A stretch of 63,496 nt of DNA, the filler included, from Trichosphaerium sp. ATCC 40318 (taxonomy: Eukaryota > Protista > Tubulinea): NCBI GenBank assembly GCA_038496445.1. It is 3 parts of 3 records of this genome, joined end to end, with 100 filler letters (N's around TTAATTAATTAA, not from the genome) between each part and the next. Parts side by side here need not be neighbours in the genome. Positions count along the whole stretch, not along the records: positions 27,441 to 52,699 come from JALMLS010000284.1; positions 52,800 to 63,496 come from JALMLS010000115.1; 1 more part is not named here. One strand, 5' to 3'. Below the pieces are notes generated by a model. It worked only from the letters and a program-made list of their open reading frames with translations, ran no database searches and was not told where the DNA came from. The position numbers were made by a program, and so were the translations under genes. Positions 46,620 through 60,192 of this stretch are shown here, piece by piece. Position 1 is the stretch's first letter; every line of letters starts with the position of its first letter.

Positions 46620-48422
46620 TCAAATAAGGATTAAACAATAGCAAAGGTGGAGTACTACAAGAGTTCGAATGCCAACAGTATTAAAGTAATAGACAAAATA
46701 CTCCCAATGACAGGAAATTCGCACAATTTTAGGCTTCGTAGTCGAAAAGCGGAAACATTCAAGTGGATGAATACATGGCAAACCGACTGGAGCGTACAAG
46801 AGTGGCACGGAAATAGTTAGCAAGAAGGTGAATAAGTGGTATAAAAGCGGCACATCAAAGATCATAAAATAATAAGAAGATAGTACATCCAATAAATATC
46901 GATGTAGCATGAAAACATCGATTGTTTGGTAAGCAAATACACCTACTTGCATGAGAATGGATTACTTAGTGCCCAAACAATGAGACATAGGCGTATCCCA
47001 AAACAAAGTTTAACTTGTGCTCCACATGCTCACAAACCGAGTAGAGATGTCACAAAAACGGTTTCGACTTGTCAACTTTTTTCCAAACAAAATGGTTTTT
47101 TTCGGTTTAATGAGTTTTTGGAAATCTTCTCTAGAAATTTCGGTTTCAGAATGTTGTTCTTGATTTGAATTACTACTTGTGTCTAATCTTTTAAGCACTA
47201 TTTTATGGGTGCAAGGGAAAATTTTAACATGATGAGATTTTAATTTACTAACACGTGTTTATAGAACGTTATTTTCATTGCTAACAAAATAACAGCAGTT
47301 TTTTTTATCTTCAAAGTTCATTCCTTAGCAATCCCATATGGATCTATGGTATTCACATTCATCGCTTTCACATCTGGTTGCTACTCTAAGCGTAGGTCTA
47401 TGATATTCCTAAAAACAAACGCATAAGCAGTGAATCAAAGAAGAATAAAAATAAAAATACCTTCATGTAATAAGAAGAGTAAATCAACTTTTCGCGACCA
47501 GTACTACTTGCAGCGGCACAACTATTTTGACTTAGAAACACTCATGAGTACATAACTGTATTAACGTACTTTTCTGCTCTTGTACTCCACCTATTATTAT
47601 ACCAGCGCATTTGCAAAGCGCTGCAAGCCTGTTAAGAGTTAATAACGAGAAAACATTATATATTTTTTTTGAAAGCATACATGACCCTCAACAACCATAG
47701 TAAGTTGGTTAACAAATCTCGCTCTCATGCTTCTATAAAATACACGTGTTAATTCACCACGGAAAAATACGGAGCTGAGCTAACTTACGGACTAGCTGTT
47801 AAACTTGATCTACAGTAATCACTGTAAAGGTAGTTATAGTAATCAATAGGCTAAGCCAAATAATTAACAACCGAAGAAGAAATCGAAAAAAAAAAAGAAA
47901 AAGGCAAACGTATCACGTTCATGATTATAATGTACCTTCACGAATTCTTCGATATAATCCCATGCCTTGTTACATACAATGTTTCTCTTACCAATAACCT
48001 CCGCCTAGAAAAACCTTAAAATCGATTTTAAGAACACGTTTGTTTACAAAAAACACGTGTCCGTTTTTTGTTGTGCTTACCTGTTTTGAGTCCTGGAACT
48101 CTGGTTTATGATGGCTGAGTAGCTTAGGCGCTTTTTCACCTGTTAATGATCTGAATATCTCGGCGTGGCTTTTATCTGGACTCCTACGATAGTTTTAACG
48201 CCGTTTAGTCTATTCGTACGTGAAATAAGGAGTTTTTTTGAAAAAGATTAATAAAACGTACACTGGCATACCGTTTCCTTTCTCAAATACAAATGATACT
48301 GAAGATACCTTGCTATTAGCGAAAAATCTAACTGTAGCGTTCTCTGTTTTATGTTCTCTCTCAAACTCCTGACAGTATACAACTGCGATAGCTATTAACA
48401 CGATGACGAGGTGTTTATTCAT
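46620..48422 (-). CDS. Multi-exon hypothetical secreted/membrane protein
   Basis: Signal peptide MNKHLVIVLIAIAVVYC, several short intron-like segments and a hydrophobic 3' ORF. Exon structure unresolved. Confidence 0.4.
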
Positions 48423-49692
48423 ATTGAGTGTACGCCAATGAATTTATAACGACCGAAAAAAATCGGCCGAGATCAGATTGTGATTGTAACAAACAGTCAC
48501 TGTGCAAGGCCTTTATACTTTATAAACGTAGCACTTTCGGATCTTTTACGAAGAACAAGCGCAATCCCACTTACATCTCCTATTAATCACGTTTTTTTTC
48601 TCCACGTGAGTTTCTGTAAGAGAGTATCTTGTGACATCGTCAACTGAATCCTTAAACCGGATGGATTCAGCCTCCTAAGAATCCAAATTAAATATAATGA
48701 CACGGTAAAGGGAAGTTCACTGTTTTCGTAACTTTGTATCCAGAGAAGTAGTATACATGTTTCTACTTGTGTAATGCGTAAGTTATGTGTTAGCTAAGAA
48801 TGTTTAAACGCTCAACAAACTAATTTGTGGCAGTGCCTGGCACTTAGTATTAAAAGCCTACGCGATTTCTACTGCGAAATGCTCATTACAAGGCACCTAT
48901 GTAATTCTAGCTGTTGGAAAAAAACCAGATTCAACAAAGAAAAGACTACAAGCAAGAGGACTTTCAAGTGCTACGCTGCACTTTACTCTTGCACGGGTTC
49001 TTTCCGAAAATGCTTTGTTTGGTCGCTTGATCTCATATTTGTCCAGTAGGGGTGGTTTAAACATGCAAATAATTAGCAGGTGTAATACTACAAAATAAAG
49101 AACGTTGCTAAATTGCCGTTGTCACCAACTCGGTTTTTTTGGTGCTTTCCTTTCTTTCTATAAATTTTCGACATGCAATCTATCGTATTAATTACAACAG
49201 CGCAGCCACTATCCGACCAGAGTGAGGTTTTTTTAATTACACTAAAGTATGGCATCCTTTCGGCATTTGTGGGAATGCCTATTCAACCAAAAATGTGTAC
49301 TTGTAATAGTCATATTCATCGAATGTAGGCGGTTCGCGTGGCATAATTATGCTTTACGTTTACCCGCTCGTTATACCAAAAAGGACCAAGCCTTTATTTT
49401 ATCTGAACCATTCTTAGTGCTACTACCGCCAATAGGGTATAATCATTGTAGATATCTACTGCTGTTTGTGTGTTAAATTACCGACCAGTATAGCTTTACA
49501 AAGTCTAGGTTATACGATTAAAGAGCGTGTAGTTCTAAAGGAGCAGAATACCTCCGTAAAGTAGCAAAGCTCGGCTACATAATTCGGCCGGTTTTGTGAT
49601 CTCGCATAATTTCACGTTAGAAATATCCGACTCGGGTTTTTATGTTGACTTAAGCACGTGACTTTTTCATATTGCTAAACAAATAACAAACA

Positions 49693-51424
49693 ATGCATCA
49701 ACAGCTTTTAATCTCAGTAGTAATACTCTTTTCGCTGTCTATCATAGATTCCAAAGAGTTTTCTCTACCCGGCGATGATCTATGGCCGACCACGACTGAC
49801 GTGGAGTTATTCAAGTCAACCATCAAAGGTGAAGTATTCGAAAAAGGAGATGATCTTTACAAATATTCTATTTTTACGTATAATCTTCGTACTGGTCCTC
49901 CACAACCTCTTCTTGTTGTTATACCCGAGAACGATGACGATATTATAAGCACTTTGGCATTTGCTGTTAAGCACAATATCAGAATTGCTGTAAAGAGCAC
50001 AGGACATCATCAAGATGTTAGGTATAATCTATATTATTTAAGGAAATAACGTTCTTACATTACCCTTAGAAGCTCTGTTGACGATGCTATTCTTATATTC
50101 ATGAAGAAATATAACGACAAGGAGTTATTCGAGGAAGCAAAACAAATAAAAGTTGGACCAGGTACGCTAGCAATGGACCGATTGTTTGTCAATTGCTAAT
50201 AATTGTTAGGACAAACATGGGGCGAAATACAAAACTGGCTTGGTGAAGAAAGTGGCAATACCTTAGTAGCTTCAACCGGTGCTGATCCAACTGTTGGACC
50301 TGCTGGATGGGCTCTTGGCGGTGGTCATGGACGTTTGACACGAATGGTTGGCTTAGGAGCGGATTTGATTGTATCCATCGATTTAATCCTCGCTGATGGC
50401 ACACCAATAACCGCTTCAGCTGATAGCCATCCAGAGCTATTCAGAGCGCTGAGAGGGAGTTCGGGAAATCCGTTCGGAATCGTCACTTCCCTTACGTTCA
50501 AGGTATTTGAAGATCCTGGAGTTGTAACAGAGTTCAACGGAGGATTCCTCATTACTGACGAACGCTTATCAAGACTGGATGCGTGATGCTCCGAACAATG
50601 CTGGTGCTTATTTCATCGCTGTTATAGACCCTGAAACAGGTGCTCCTGTTGTGACCATAGATGCGTATTGTATAGGTGATCCAAAAGAGTGTACAACTGC
50701 ATTGGAGCCGCTGTCGAAAATACCTGGTTGTGCCTTTCTTACATGCAAAGTTCAGCAAACACATGACTCATACTCCGACTTTATGAAGGCTAATAACTAT
50801 AGCGATGTCGGAGGAGCTGTTAGTATGTATATGATGTCAACAGCTGTCGACTTAAAAACAGATGGTCAGATGGAGAAGATTTCGAAATGGTTAAACGACT
50901 ATTCAGATACAGAATGGCCTGGCGCTTTAATTGGTTGCTACTGTAATTCTGTTGTTGGAGGTTATAGCGGTACGCTTGATCCTCTTGGTAAAGAAACAGC
51001 AGTAAATCTAGCTTTAAGAAAAGCGTCAATCGCTATCACGTGTTATGTAGGATGGGATGTCGATAAAGGAAAACCTCGTCCTGACTTAATAGAAAAGGCT
51101 GATAAATGGGCAGACACTGTATTGAAACCAACAGGCATAAACAACTTTGTATATTGGAATGAACCACAACATAACTTTGTATCTGATGAGGATTGGCAAA
51201 TAAGTTACTATGGCTCAATCGAAGCCTACAACCAACTACTATCTGTCAAGAAAAAATATGATCCTGACTATGTCCTTACTTGTTATCATTGCGTAGGATG
51301 GGAGGATGTTGAAAACGTTGATCCTGCTGTATGTCCTGATGGATGTTCTTGTTCCAACCAGAAGAAAAACGGTGTTTGTGCTCATAAAATACCATACAAC
51401 AAAGTTGTAACCAACGAGAATTAA
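49693..51424 (+). CDS. Secreted FAD-linked oxidoreductase (berberine-bridge-enzyme-like)
   Basis: Signal peptide, AVKSTGH, TVGPAGWALGGGHG, ELFRALRGS..FGIVTS, YWNE..YYG..LLSVKKKYDP. Two introns near 50020-50210 and one apparent 1-bp frameshift at ~50560. Confidence 0.88.
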
Positions 51425-51559
51425 TAAACTTGCTATTTTGTGCTTCACATATGGAACTATTTCAATTTATGCTAGATCCTACCTTAGTAGTAACTATCTC
51501 AACTTGGATGAAGCTTTTTGCTAAATATTTTCCAATATAGCAGCATCTTTTTTTTCTTG

Positions 51560-53590
51560 TTTTTTTGTAAATCATACAGTTGACGTGGCACTATCAGAGA
51601 CCTTAATTGTTGTAATTCGGCAAGAAAATTACGAGAAATATGCAACAGAAGAGGAAGTACTATAAGGCTTGCTTCTGAGCGGTACTTTCACCACAGAGTA
51701 TTTGTTTACTTGAAATTCGTTGACAAAGTATTCAATGAATGGGAAAGGCCTTTACGCATACTTTGCTGCATAATTTACAAACACTTATATGAGCAACACG
51801 GTATCAGTATTAACACCTTCAAAGACAGTTTTATATGTACTTTCGTGCGCTGGGCTAGGTAATATTGTAAAGCATCTAAAAATACGTCTCATACTGATTA
51901 ATACGCATAGGAACTCGGTTAGGAAAGAGCAAACCGAAAGTTATTGTAGAATTAAACAATAAACCTGAAACATGCACTTCAATGAGCTATCACATGCGGT
52001 TAATGCCAGTGGGCACTCGGATTGCGCTAAGCGCAGGTACAAAACATTTAAAAAATCGTAAACTAAGCTCCTCGTTTAGGAAGAAACAAACATGCCATAC
52101 TGGCGTATTTAAAGGAGCACAACGGATTCGGGCACGACATAGACAAAATAGTGTGGATCCCAAGCGTTTACAAAAAGCCTCGGTGTGCTAGTACGTCGCC
52201 TGATCTACCAGAATACCCTTCCGGTGCAGCTTCCTGGCTCTTTGAAGAGAAAACGATCACAAATCGCTTAATCGCCGAAGGCGTTGAGTATATCATACTT
52301 ACAGATGGCACCAAGGTACTTACGGAACCATAGCATGTAAAACTCAACTCAATCAAAAATATTCCGTCAACTGTTTTTTTCTGAATTTTTTGAAGTTTAC
52401 ACTCGTAACAGGTCGGCCATACACTAGAAAAAGTACAGAGCTTACTAGATACAGTAACAAATGATCCTGCGGAATGTGGGTTGGCTGTTTACAACGACCT
52501 TGACTTATCCACAGAAGTGAGCTGTAATCGATTTGATGTTCTTGCAAATAAGCGTCGTGGTGTACCTAAGGGTTATTACCGTCAGACTAAAATTAATACA
52601 TCTGATTTCTTATGTCTGTCTGGTATATCTGGATGGTATGTACTTAAATCAAAAAGTATTAAAAAGCTATGGGGACTTGAAAAAGAAATTATGGAGATTN
52701 NNNNNNNNNNNNNNNNNNNNNNNNNNNNNNNNNNNNNNNNNNNTTAATTAATTAANNNNNNNNNNNNNNNNNNNNNNNNNNNNNNNNNNNNNNNNNNNNA
52801 GGCACTGAAGCGTACACTAAATCAACCATTGCAGCTAAAATGCCAAAGCTTAAACAGTTTCTGTACCGAGAAAAACAAAGATTCTCAGCCACAGTACGCG
52901 CCGTTTATTTATAGTGCTATGTCGCCAAAAGTTAGTCTATATTGATAGCTTATTATTAACAGGATCTTGCTGTACTTGATGAAGCTAAGAAAGATTTTAT
53001 TGACATGATAAAAGACGTTAAGATTTTCAAAAAAGATAATTACAATATGTTCTATTTACAGCGTACATAGACCACTTGCACTTGTATTTGTTCTCACTAA
53101 TAATTCTTTAGCAAGTTATGATATTAAAACACCAAATCATTTCTTATTCCAGTGTGGTGCTTGTATTGTAGACATGCAAGCAGAACGGCTTGTACAAACT
53201 ATTATTTCCTTCGTATTTTTTTCTTACTATTCTTTGAAGGCATACTATGGCTTAGATGCAGTTCAACCACAGAGTAGAGATATAAAACCTTCTTGGACTA
53301 TTTTAGATCTAACTGGGCATGAAAAGGTAGTAAAATACACGCGAGACGGATCAGTTGTGGGATTGTTCAAAAATTCTAAAACAACCTTTTATGTCTTAAA
53401 CAAAAGTGTTAAGCAAGCTGGTCGCGGTAAACGAAATAAACCTCCAAGAGGATTGATAGGTTTAAATAGTATAGATACAGATAGATATTGGTATATTTAC
53501 CATGAGAATGACGGGTTAAGTATGTTATGCACCTTTTTTCATTTTTCAAAACGATGTTTTTTCTGCTTGTAACACGCGTGTTTAGTTGGT
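51560..53590 (+). CDS. Probable multi-exon hypothetical protein spanning a gap
   Basis: Coding-like ORFs 52151, 52481 and 53174 with GT/AG boundaries. No motif recognised; boundaries approximate. Confidence 0.3.
52700..52799. other. Scaffold gap with TTAATTAATTAA linker
   Basis: N runs plus linker. Confidence 0.95.
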
Positions 53591-54406
53591 GTTCGCGATA
53601 GACATGACTTAACGTTGGCCACTGATTCATCTATTGTAAACATCGAAAAAAGTATAAGCCAGAGTCATTGACTACGCAAAAATACCTAGTAGTGCAAGAC
53701 TCTTGCTTCTTTATGTTTTGCAGGAACTGTTTGCAGCTGAACCAAGAGGCTTGGCAGTTCTCCGTTTGTAAAAACTTTACATAAACAAACTCACTCAATA
53801 CTAGTATTCAAATATGGTATTCGTATTTCTCCATTCACATTCATTTTATTTTTTATTTATTAATTTTTCGTCAACAAAAGTCCTTCGGGCCCAGTTGGGC
53901 GCTGGAGATTATTAATCTGAACCATGAGACGCAGCCAGTGTTTCGTGATCGACCGTTTAATAAAAGTATTTTTCCGAACCAAGCGACCTGATCTTAGCGA
54001 ACAAATAACCAATATAAAGTGTTTGATAGTGAACCGGCCGGCGGAAAAGAGGTAGCAAAAGAGAGAAAAAAAAAGAGAGAAACGAAGAAAAGATAAAGCG
54101 GGAACTATGTTTAGAAAGAAAAGGGGCGTGAACCAGAAAGGGAATAGGAAAAAGGAGGGAACATTGAGAGCACGGGTTGAAAATGGAGAGAAAGAGAGGA
54201 AAATAGAAGAGAGAGGTAAATCTTTAGGCCCTTTCAAGGAGGAGATTTTGAACGAGAGACCGGATTCCATCAATTTGGATAGAGTCTGGTAGAGCAGAGG
54301 GAAGTGAAAAGAAAAGAAAAAAAAAAAAAAAAGAAGCTGAAATAGTAAGGAAAGAGAAGAAAAGAGAAGAACAAAAGGAAAAGCGAAACGGATTATGAAA
54401 AAGCGG

Positions 54407-57400
54407 TCACGGGACGACTCCCAAGATTTTGCGAATATCATCGTCCATTAACGCAAAAATTCTAGGGCCTAAGTATGTTCCCAAGTTTGATTTGTGCGCG
54501 ATATCTAGTCTACATCTGGTAATATAGCGTTTGTACAGAAGAGCAATATAAACAGTGTTTAATCTTGACGCCATACTCAGAGCTTTCCGTTTGTCCAGTA
54601 AGAATAACTTCATGATACTTGAAATTGTCTCTTGTGTAACCCACCCTTGTGCTGTTCTGAAGGAAGTATCTATCGTAATAGTGCCAAGGAATCCATAACT
54701 GTTTAGAAATTGTTCCACCACTTCCCCAAGTAACGTATCGGCGATGTATACTTCTAACCAAGACGTATCTTCCATTAGTGACTCTATACTTCTACCCGCT
54801 TGCAGCTTAGTAAATAGTGGAAGTTTGACCTTATAAGGGAGTTTAAAAGAATTTGAAACGAAGAAATTATTTTTCCAGTTTTTACGTATAAATTTATAGA
54901 AATTAAATTTTTTTAGATCAAAAGGTGTCGTAGGTATGGTTCCTTCCGAGATTTCACCATAGATGCGAAGAGTGTGGTAAAACATGTGTGACCTAATATC
55001 AAAAGGGTTAAAATCACATTTAACAAAGTGTTGGAACGATTCTTTAGTTTGTTCTTCGCAAAGGGAGCAGTAGGGATTAGGGTAGTTGATACGGTTTCGG
55101 CGATCCCAAATAGATTTGCAAGTTTTAGGTTGTCTATGGTACCTAGTACTATTGAGAAAAAGGGCATGTCTTTTTACTCTAAAAGCGAAATCTGTGATGT
55201 AGTTAGACGCTATGACTTTAGTGGTGATCTTTGAAGTTTCTATCAGGAGGTTGGTTCTAGTTCTGCCTAGATTATGTGAAATATTGTTAATAAACGAAAT
55301 TTTCTTTTGTTCTGCGTTTTCTTTAAGAATTTTCCAAGGGTCATGATATGTGGATACTTTAGTTGTTCTATGTACCAGACAGTACCCATCGGAACCCACT
55401 GGGTGAATATCTTTCCCCATAAAGCTATTACCGGATGGTTTGTAATAGTTACTGGACGCTATTTTATCTGCAAATGCGTTGAGTGAGATGACTAGAGGCA
55501 TGATTTCTATTGAAAATTTCTTAGCAATATTTAAACCCGTTGCAATCGCTATTTTCTTTTTTGACTTATCTTCTAGGGTATGACTTGGGTACCAGATGAT
55601 GTCCGTTGTGGAAGTTCTTTTCTTGATTGTTTGTGTTATTCTAAAGAGAGTGTGCGAGTAAGGACTTTTAAACCGTTTAATCGGGAGCCACTTCGAGTAT
55701 GATTCTATCCAATTTTTAGAATTAAGGGAGTCAGTTACAATGATTATTGGGGATGATATGGGCGTAGCTTTAAGTGCAATTTCTATGGCTTCTAATTCCG
55801 CTCCATTAGAGTCGTTGTGATATCTTGTTTTAAATTTGAGCCATTTTTTTTTAGCCAGTGAAAAGGCAACGCTACTGTAAGCTATTTGGTTCTTTACACT
55901 TCCATCTGTTGCTATTACCGCTGTATCATTAATTTTATCGACTATTCCATTAAATTTATCTATTGGAAAAGGTTCCATCCTGAATTCCGTTTTACGTTGT
56001 GATCCAATGTATTTGATAAAGTAGTTAGTATTGCTTAAAAGTTTTTGACAGGTATGGAAATCAAACGCTACCGCTTCCATGCTGATTGCTCCTTCTTTAT
56101 TATTTAAGTTATCTTTGAGAGCTGACTTGACGTAGGCTTGAATTTGAGTATCCTTCAAAGAGAGAAGGCCAAAGCCGACTGTTTTTGATTGTATTCTCTC
56201 ATTATATGCGTTAGGTTGTATTTTGACTTTTCTTTTGATTATTTTCGTTGTCATATCATCCCATTTTTCTAGAATCTTCGTGGGGATATTGATGACATTC
56301 TGTGTAAATCTGATTCTGGCTATTGCTACCTGGTTAATAATTCTAACTTTCTGTTCTGTGGTAAAATAATTAGTATTGACTAAATTGATCGTAGAAGCTA
56401 ATGAGTTGTTTAGTCTATTAAAATGTTTTGTAAAGTCTAGATTCATATTAAGTAAAATTCCTAAGTATTTGTAAGGTTCGTCCGGTTCCATTATCGGAAT
56501 ATTTATTCCTTTCCAACTGATTGGGTTATTGCGTGCTTCTATCGATAGATTAAGGTTGTTAGTAAGTAAAGCCGACTTTTCTGTATTGATATCGATTTTG
56601 TAAAAAACACAAAAAGTTGTTAAAAAGGAGAAAAGGGTTTTAAGGTTTTCTAGGTTTTCCGCCAAAATGACAAGGTCATCTGCATATGCTATTACGGTAA
56701 TTCTATTTCCGTCCTGAAGCTTATATCCTAGGTTAGATGATTCCATTTTGACAAGAAGGGAATTAACAAAGAAGTCCCAGATTAGCGGCGAAATTATATC
56801 TCCTTGTCTAGTTCCTCTATTGATTTTGATGTCTGCTTCTCCTACTTGAGAACGTATAGTAGTTGAAACATTTTTAAAGAGGGATAAAATGGACTTACGT
56901 ATGTTTATATTGAATCCGTGCCATTTCAGAACATTGTCGATTGCCCAGTGGGGTATTGAATCATAAGCTTTCCTTAGATCTATAAAAAGAGCAAACAGAT
57001 TTTTTCCGTCTTTTTTGGCTTCTCTGATAACAGAAATTAGTTTTTTGTGTGCCGAGTGAATCGATTTTCCTTTAACGAATCCGAATTGATTATTACTAAG
57101 TAACTTATCAGATTTGTTAGCATTTTCTAGAATATCAGTTAAAATTCTAGAGTAAATTTTATATAGTGAGTTAAGAAGAGAGATAGGTCTAAAATTTAGT
57201 GCGTCTCTGTCATTTCCTGATTTTGGTAACAAGATAGTGATACTGTATTCCCAATCTTTTGGAACAAAGTTCATCTTATAGCAGAACTTAAAAAGGTTGG
57301 TTAGCATCATAATAGCTTCGGAGGGTAGCAGTTTATAAATTTTTGGGTCAATTTTTGAGGTGCCTGGTGCTTTGAAAGACGCAATTCTTCTTGCTGCTTC

Positions 57401-60192
57401 TTTAAAGGTCTCCTCGTTGATGTCATCAGCTTCAAAAGTTTCGTTGTTCGTTTTTTCATTAAGATCAAAAGGTATTATCTTATCTTCATCATTTTCATTT
57501 TTTGATTCTTCAAAAAGTTTACCCCATTTTGTTTTGATTTCGTTATTCATTTCTTCGTTAGATGATACTTGTTCATCCTCTGTGGTGTTGAAAGCCATGG
57601 GAAAGTTATCTTCTTTCATATCTCTTAGTTGTCTATATCTACGAAAAAGGGATTTAGATTTACTGTTAACAATTTTTTCAGTTAGGTTATTGATATGTTT
57701 TCTTCTTAGTTCGGAACGTATCTGATCCTTTAATATCTTTATTTTTTTTATAGCATCATTTGCGAATTCTTTGTATTCTTCTATTTCGTATAATATGCAT
57801 TCATCATACCCTGTGAGGTATTTTTTTATTTTGGTTCTAAGCGCGTTATCTAGAATTTGTTTTCCTTGTTCTATGTTGATTTTAGACGTTATTAGATATC
57901 TTCCGTGTTTAATAACGTTGAAAAGATCTTTGATTTTGTTAAGCGAAAAGTTGTTAATAATTTTTTCTGTTAGCGAAATTCTAATTTTGGATTTATGTCC
58001 TAACTTATTATCTAGGTAGATGTAAAGTTGTTTAGTAAAGCTAGAAATAAAGACATTCCATTTTTGCTTAGCTGAATCTTTGTATCCTTCTTTGATTGCT
58101 TCCTCATAACTCGCTAAGGTATTCTCATCTAAATGTTCTTTAAGATTATTCCATTTTAGTAATTTTTTTAGGTATTTTGTATTGACTGAGTTGAGGAGGA
58201 GACGTTCGATATTGACTTCGCATCTCTTGGAAACATCGAATTTCTTGATAGGAAGTGTTATATTGAGCGAGATTCTTTTGTGATCTGATGAGAAAGGTTC
58301 TTGGGATAAGGTTCTTTCGACTACTGTTCCTAGTTCGATTTCTTTACCTATTAAAAAATAGTCAATTCTTGCTTGATTTTTCGTTGCGGAATTGGTGTGA
58401 GTAAAGTCATAATCATTTGGGCTCCTAGGATCAAAAAGGTTGAGTTCATCCATAAATTCGCTGAGCATTTTCGTAGATAGAGGAACGATACCTTCCATGT
58501 CAAGTTCACATTGTGGTGTATTCCAGTCTCCACCTATAATTATATTGTTTAAGGGAATGTTATATTTATTCAGTAGTAAAATAGAAATGGGAATTTTTAA
58601 GTAATCCACCCTGTTTTCCTATGGGAAAAGTAGACGGAAAAACTCTTCCTTAATTCCCATTGAATTTATATGAAATTCCGTAAGTATTACTCATAGAATT
58701 CTTAGAGTATTACTTTTGGAATTGCGTATGTATTTTATATAGAATTCTCTATGTATTCTTTATACCATTTCTTAATGTATTTTTTGTAGATTTCAATAAA
58801 AAATACTTTATAAATTACACAAAATATTATTCGATACTTTGGTTCAGATTTAATGCAAAGTCATTTTATTTATTGATCATTACAAAATACAAACATCCTA
58901 AATAATACGTACAAGTTAAATACATCATGTCTTCATAAACGAAAGAAGTAATTTGATCGCATTTGGTTTTGAGAGCCTGAACAATAATTAATGCGTTTGT
59001 AAACGCTAAATTAAGAACGCGTAGGGTTTTTTGATAAATTAAGTGGAAATAAGCTTTAAAAACAATGTACTTGGAGTTAATGCTTTAAATACATTCTTTA
59101 ATGGTGTAATAAGGCTGTTGCAATGCTTTAATCATCTTAAAACAGATAAGTAAGAGATATTTATGTTTAAGTGATTTTCCAAACCACCTAAAACGCGTTC
59201 TCCGTTACTTTTTGGATTAACGCACTTTAACCTGTACCATTGGTTTTTTCACCTTTAATAATAGCATGTGGATATTGTTCGCTAGAAAAACCTATGTACC
59301 TAAGGTGTCGATGGTTTTTTGCAAATATAAAACTAAACCCTAACCCTAACTTAATTTGTACTTTCATAAACCTCAACCCTAGCCCTAACCCTAACCCTAA
59401 CTAAATTAGTACATTATTTGGTGGATTTTGTACAATAATTCTGAAAATTCCATATTTAAGGGAATATTATGGTAATTCTATCAAAAATCCTGCCATAAAA
59501 AAAAATAAAAATAAGAATTCTTCACAAATTACCTTAAAAATCCCTAAAACAAAGGAATTTAGTGGGATTTATATCCAAAATCCCGGTTTCATTTTACCAC
59601 TGTTGCACCAGTCAGGAATTTTTGTTGCGAGATGTTCGAAATGAGCTTTCCTAGCTTTACCGTCTCTAGGACTAATGTGTACATTGATAACTAGGTATCT
59701 GTTTTCAGCCTGAGAGTCAGTACCTATAACTAGAGGAAGTGCTGAACGGTTAGGACAAGATAGGTTTAAAATTTTTTGTGAGATGTTTTTTTTGACAAAC
59801 GTAATTAGACCACCCATTGGTGCTGTCTTCTTAGATATTTTTTTCCAAGTTTCTGCTAATTCTATATCATCCATATTTAAAAGATCAGAGGCAAAAGAAA
59901 AGTCGTCACCTTTTGTTTTTTTGTAGGATGCTTCGTTCCTCATAATAGAAGATAGAAGTACTTCTTTGTTAGTAGGGAGGTTTGAAAAGATATTATAATT
60001 TGGGAGGATTTTTTTAAGGTCTTTTTCAACGTACTTGAATTCTTCTTTAGAAATGTGTGCTTCTTGTAGGAGGAAAAATGCTGGTTCTTTATCTTGAATG
60101 ACTTCTACAATTTCTCTCGTTTTAGTTGTAAGGTTACCGACATAAAGATTTTGCGATAGAAATGAAATGAGTGTTTTATTTGTGTTATTCAT
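54407..60192 (-). CDS. LINE ORF2: APE endonuclease-reverse transcriptase-RNase H-zinc knuckle (interrupted by element C)
   Basis: LLQEAH, GGDWN, ARIDYF, SDH; FRPISLL, DLRKAYDSI, GTRQGDIISP, YADD; ATDGS, AELEAI, TDSL, ADKIA; CSLC..ESFQHFVKC. Removing 58571-59602 plus the 2-bp TSD gives one 1583-aa frame. Confidence 0.93.
58571..59602. mobile_element. Non-autonomous TIR element C, copy 2, inserted in LINE ORF2, 2-bp TSD TT
   Basis: Flanked tt|CAG...CTG|tt. Excision restores KIPDWC-NKYNIPLNNIIIGGDWN. Confidence 0.93.

Noticed and set aside
50555-50580. Programmed frameshift in the FAD oxidase (also LINE ORF1 at ~62637)
   Set aside because: Single-base loss in short homopolymers. The second LINE copy has the extra base, so sequencing error is more likely.
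53860-54441. 193-aa Phe/Leu-rich ORF
   Set aside because: Translation of the pyrimidine-rich LINE 3' UTR.
54407-58609. RT as a retron, group II intron, DGR or telomerase
   Set aside because: APE endonuclease, RNase H, ORF1 and an A-rich tail identify a non-LTR retrotransposon.
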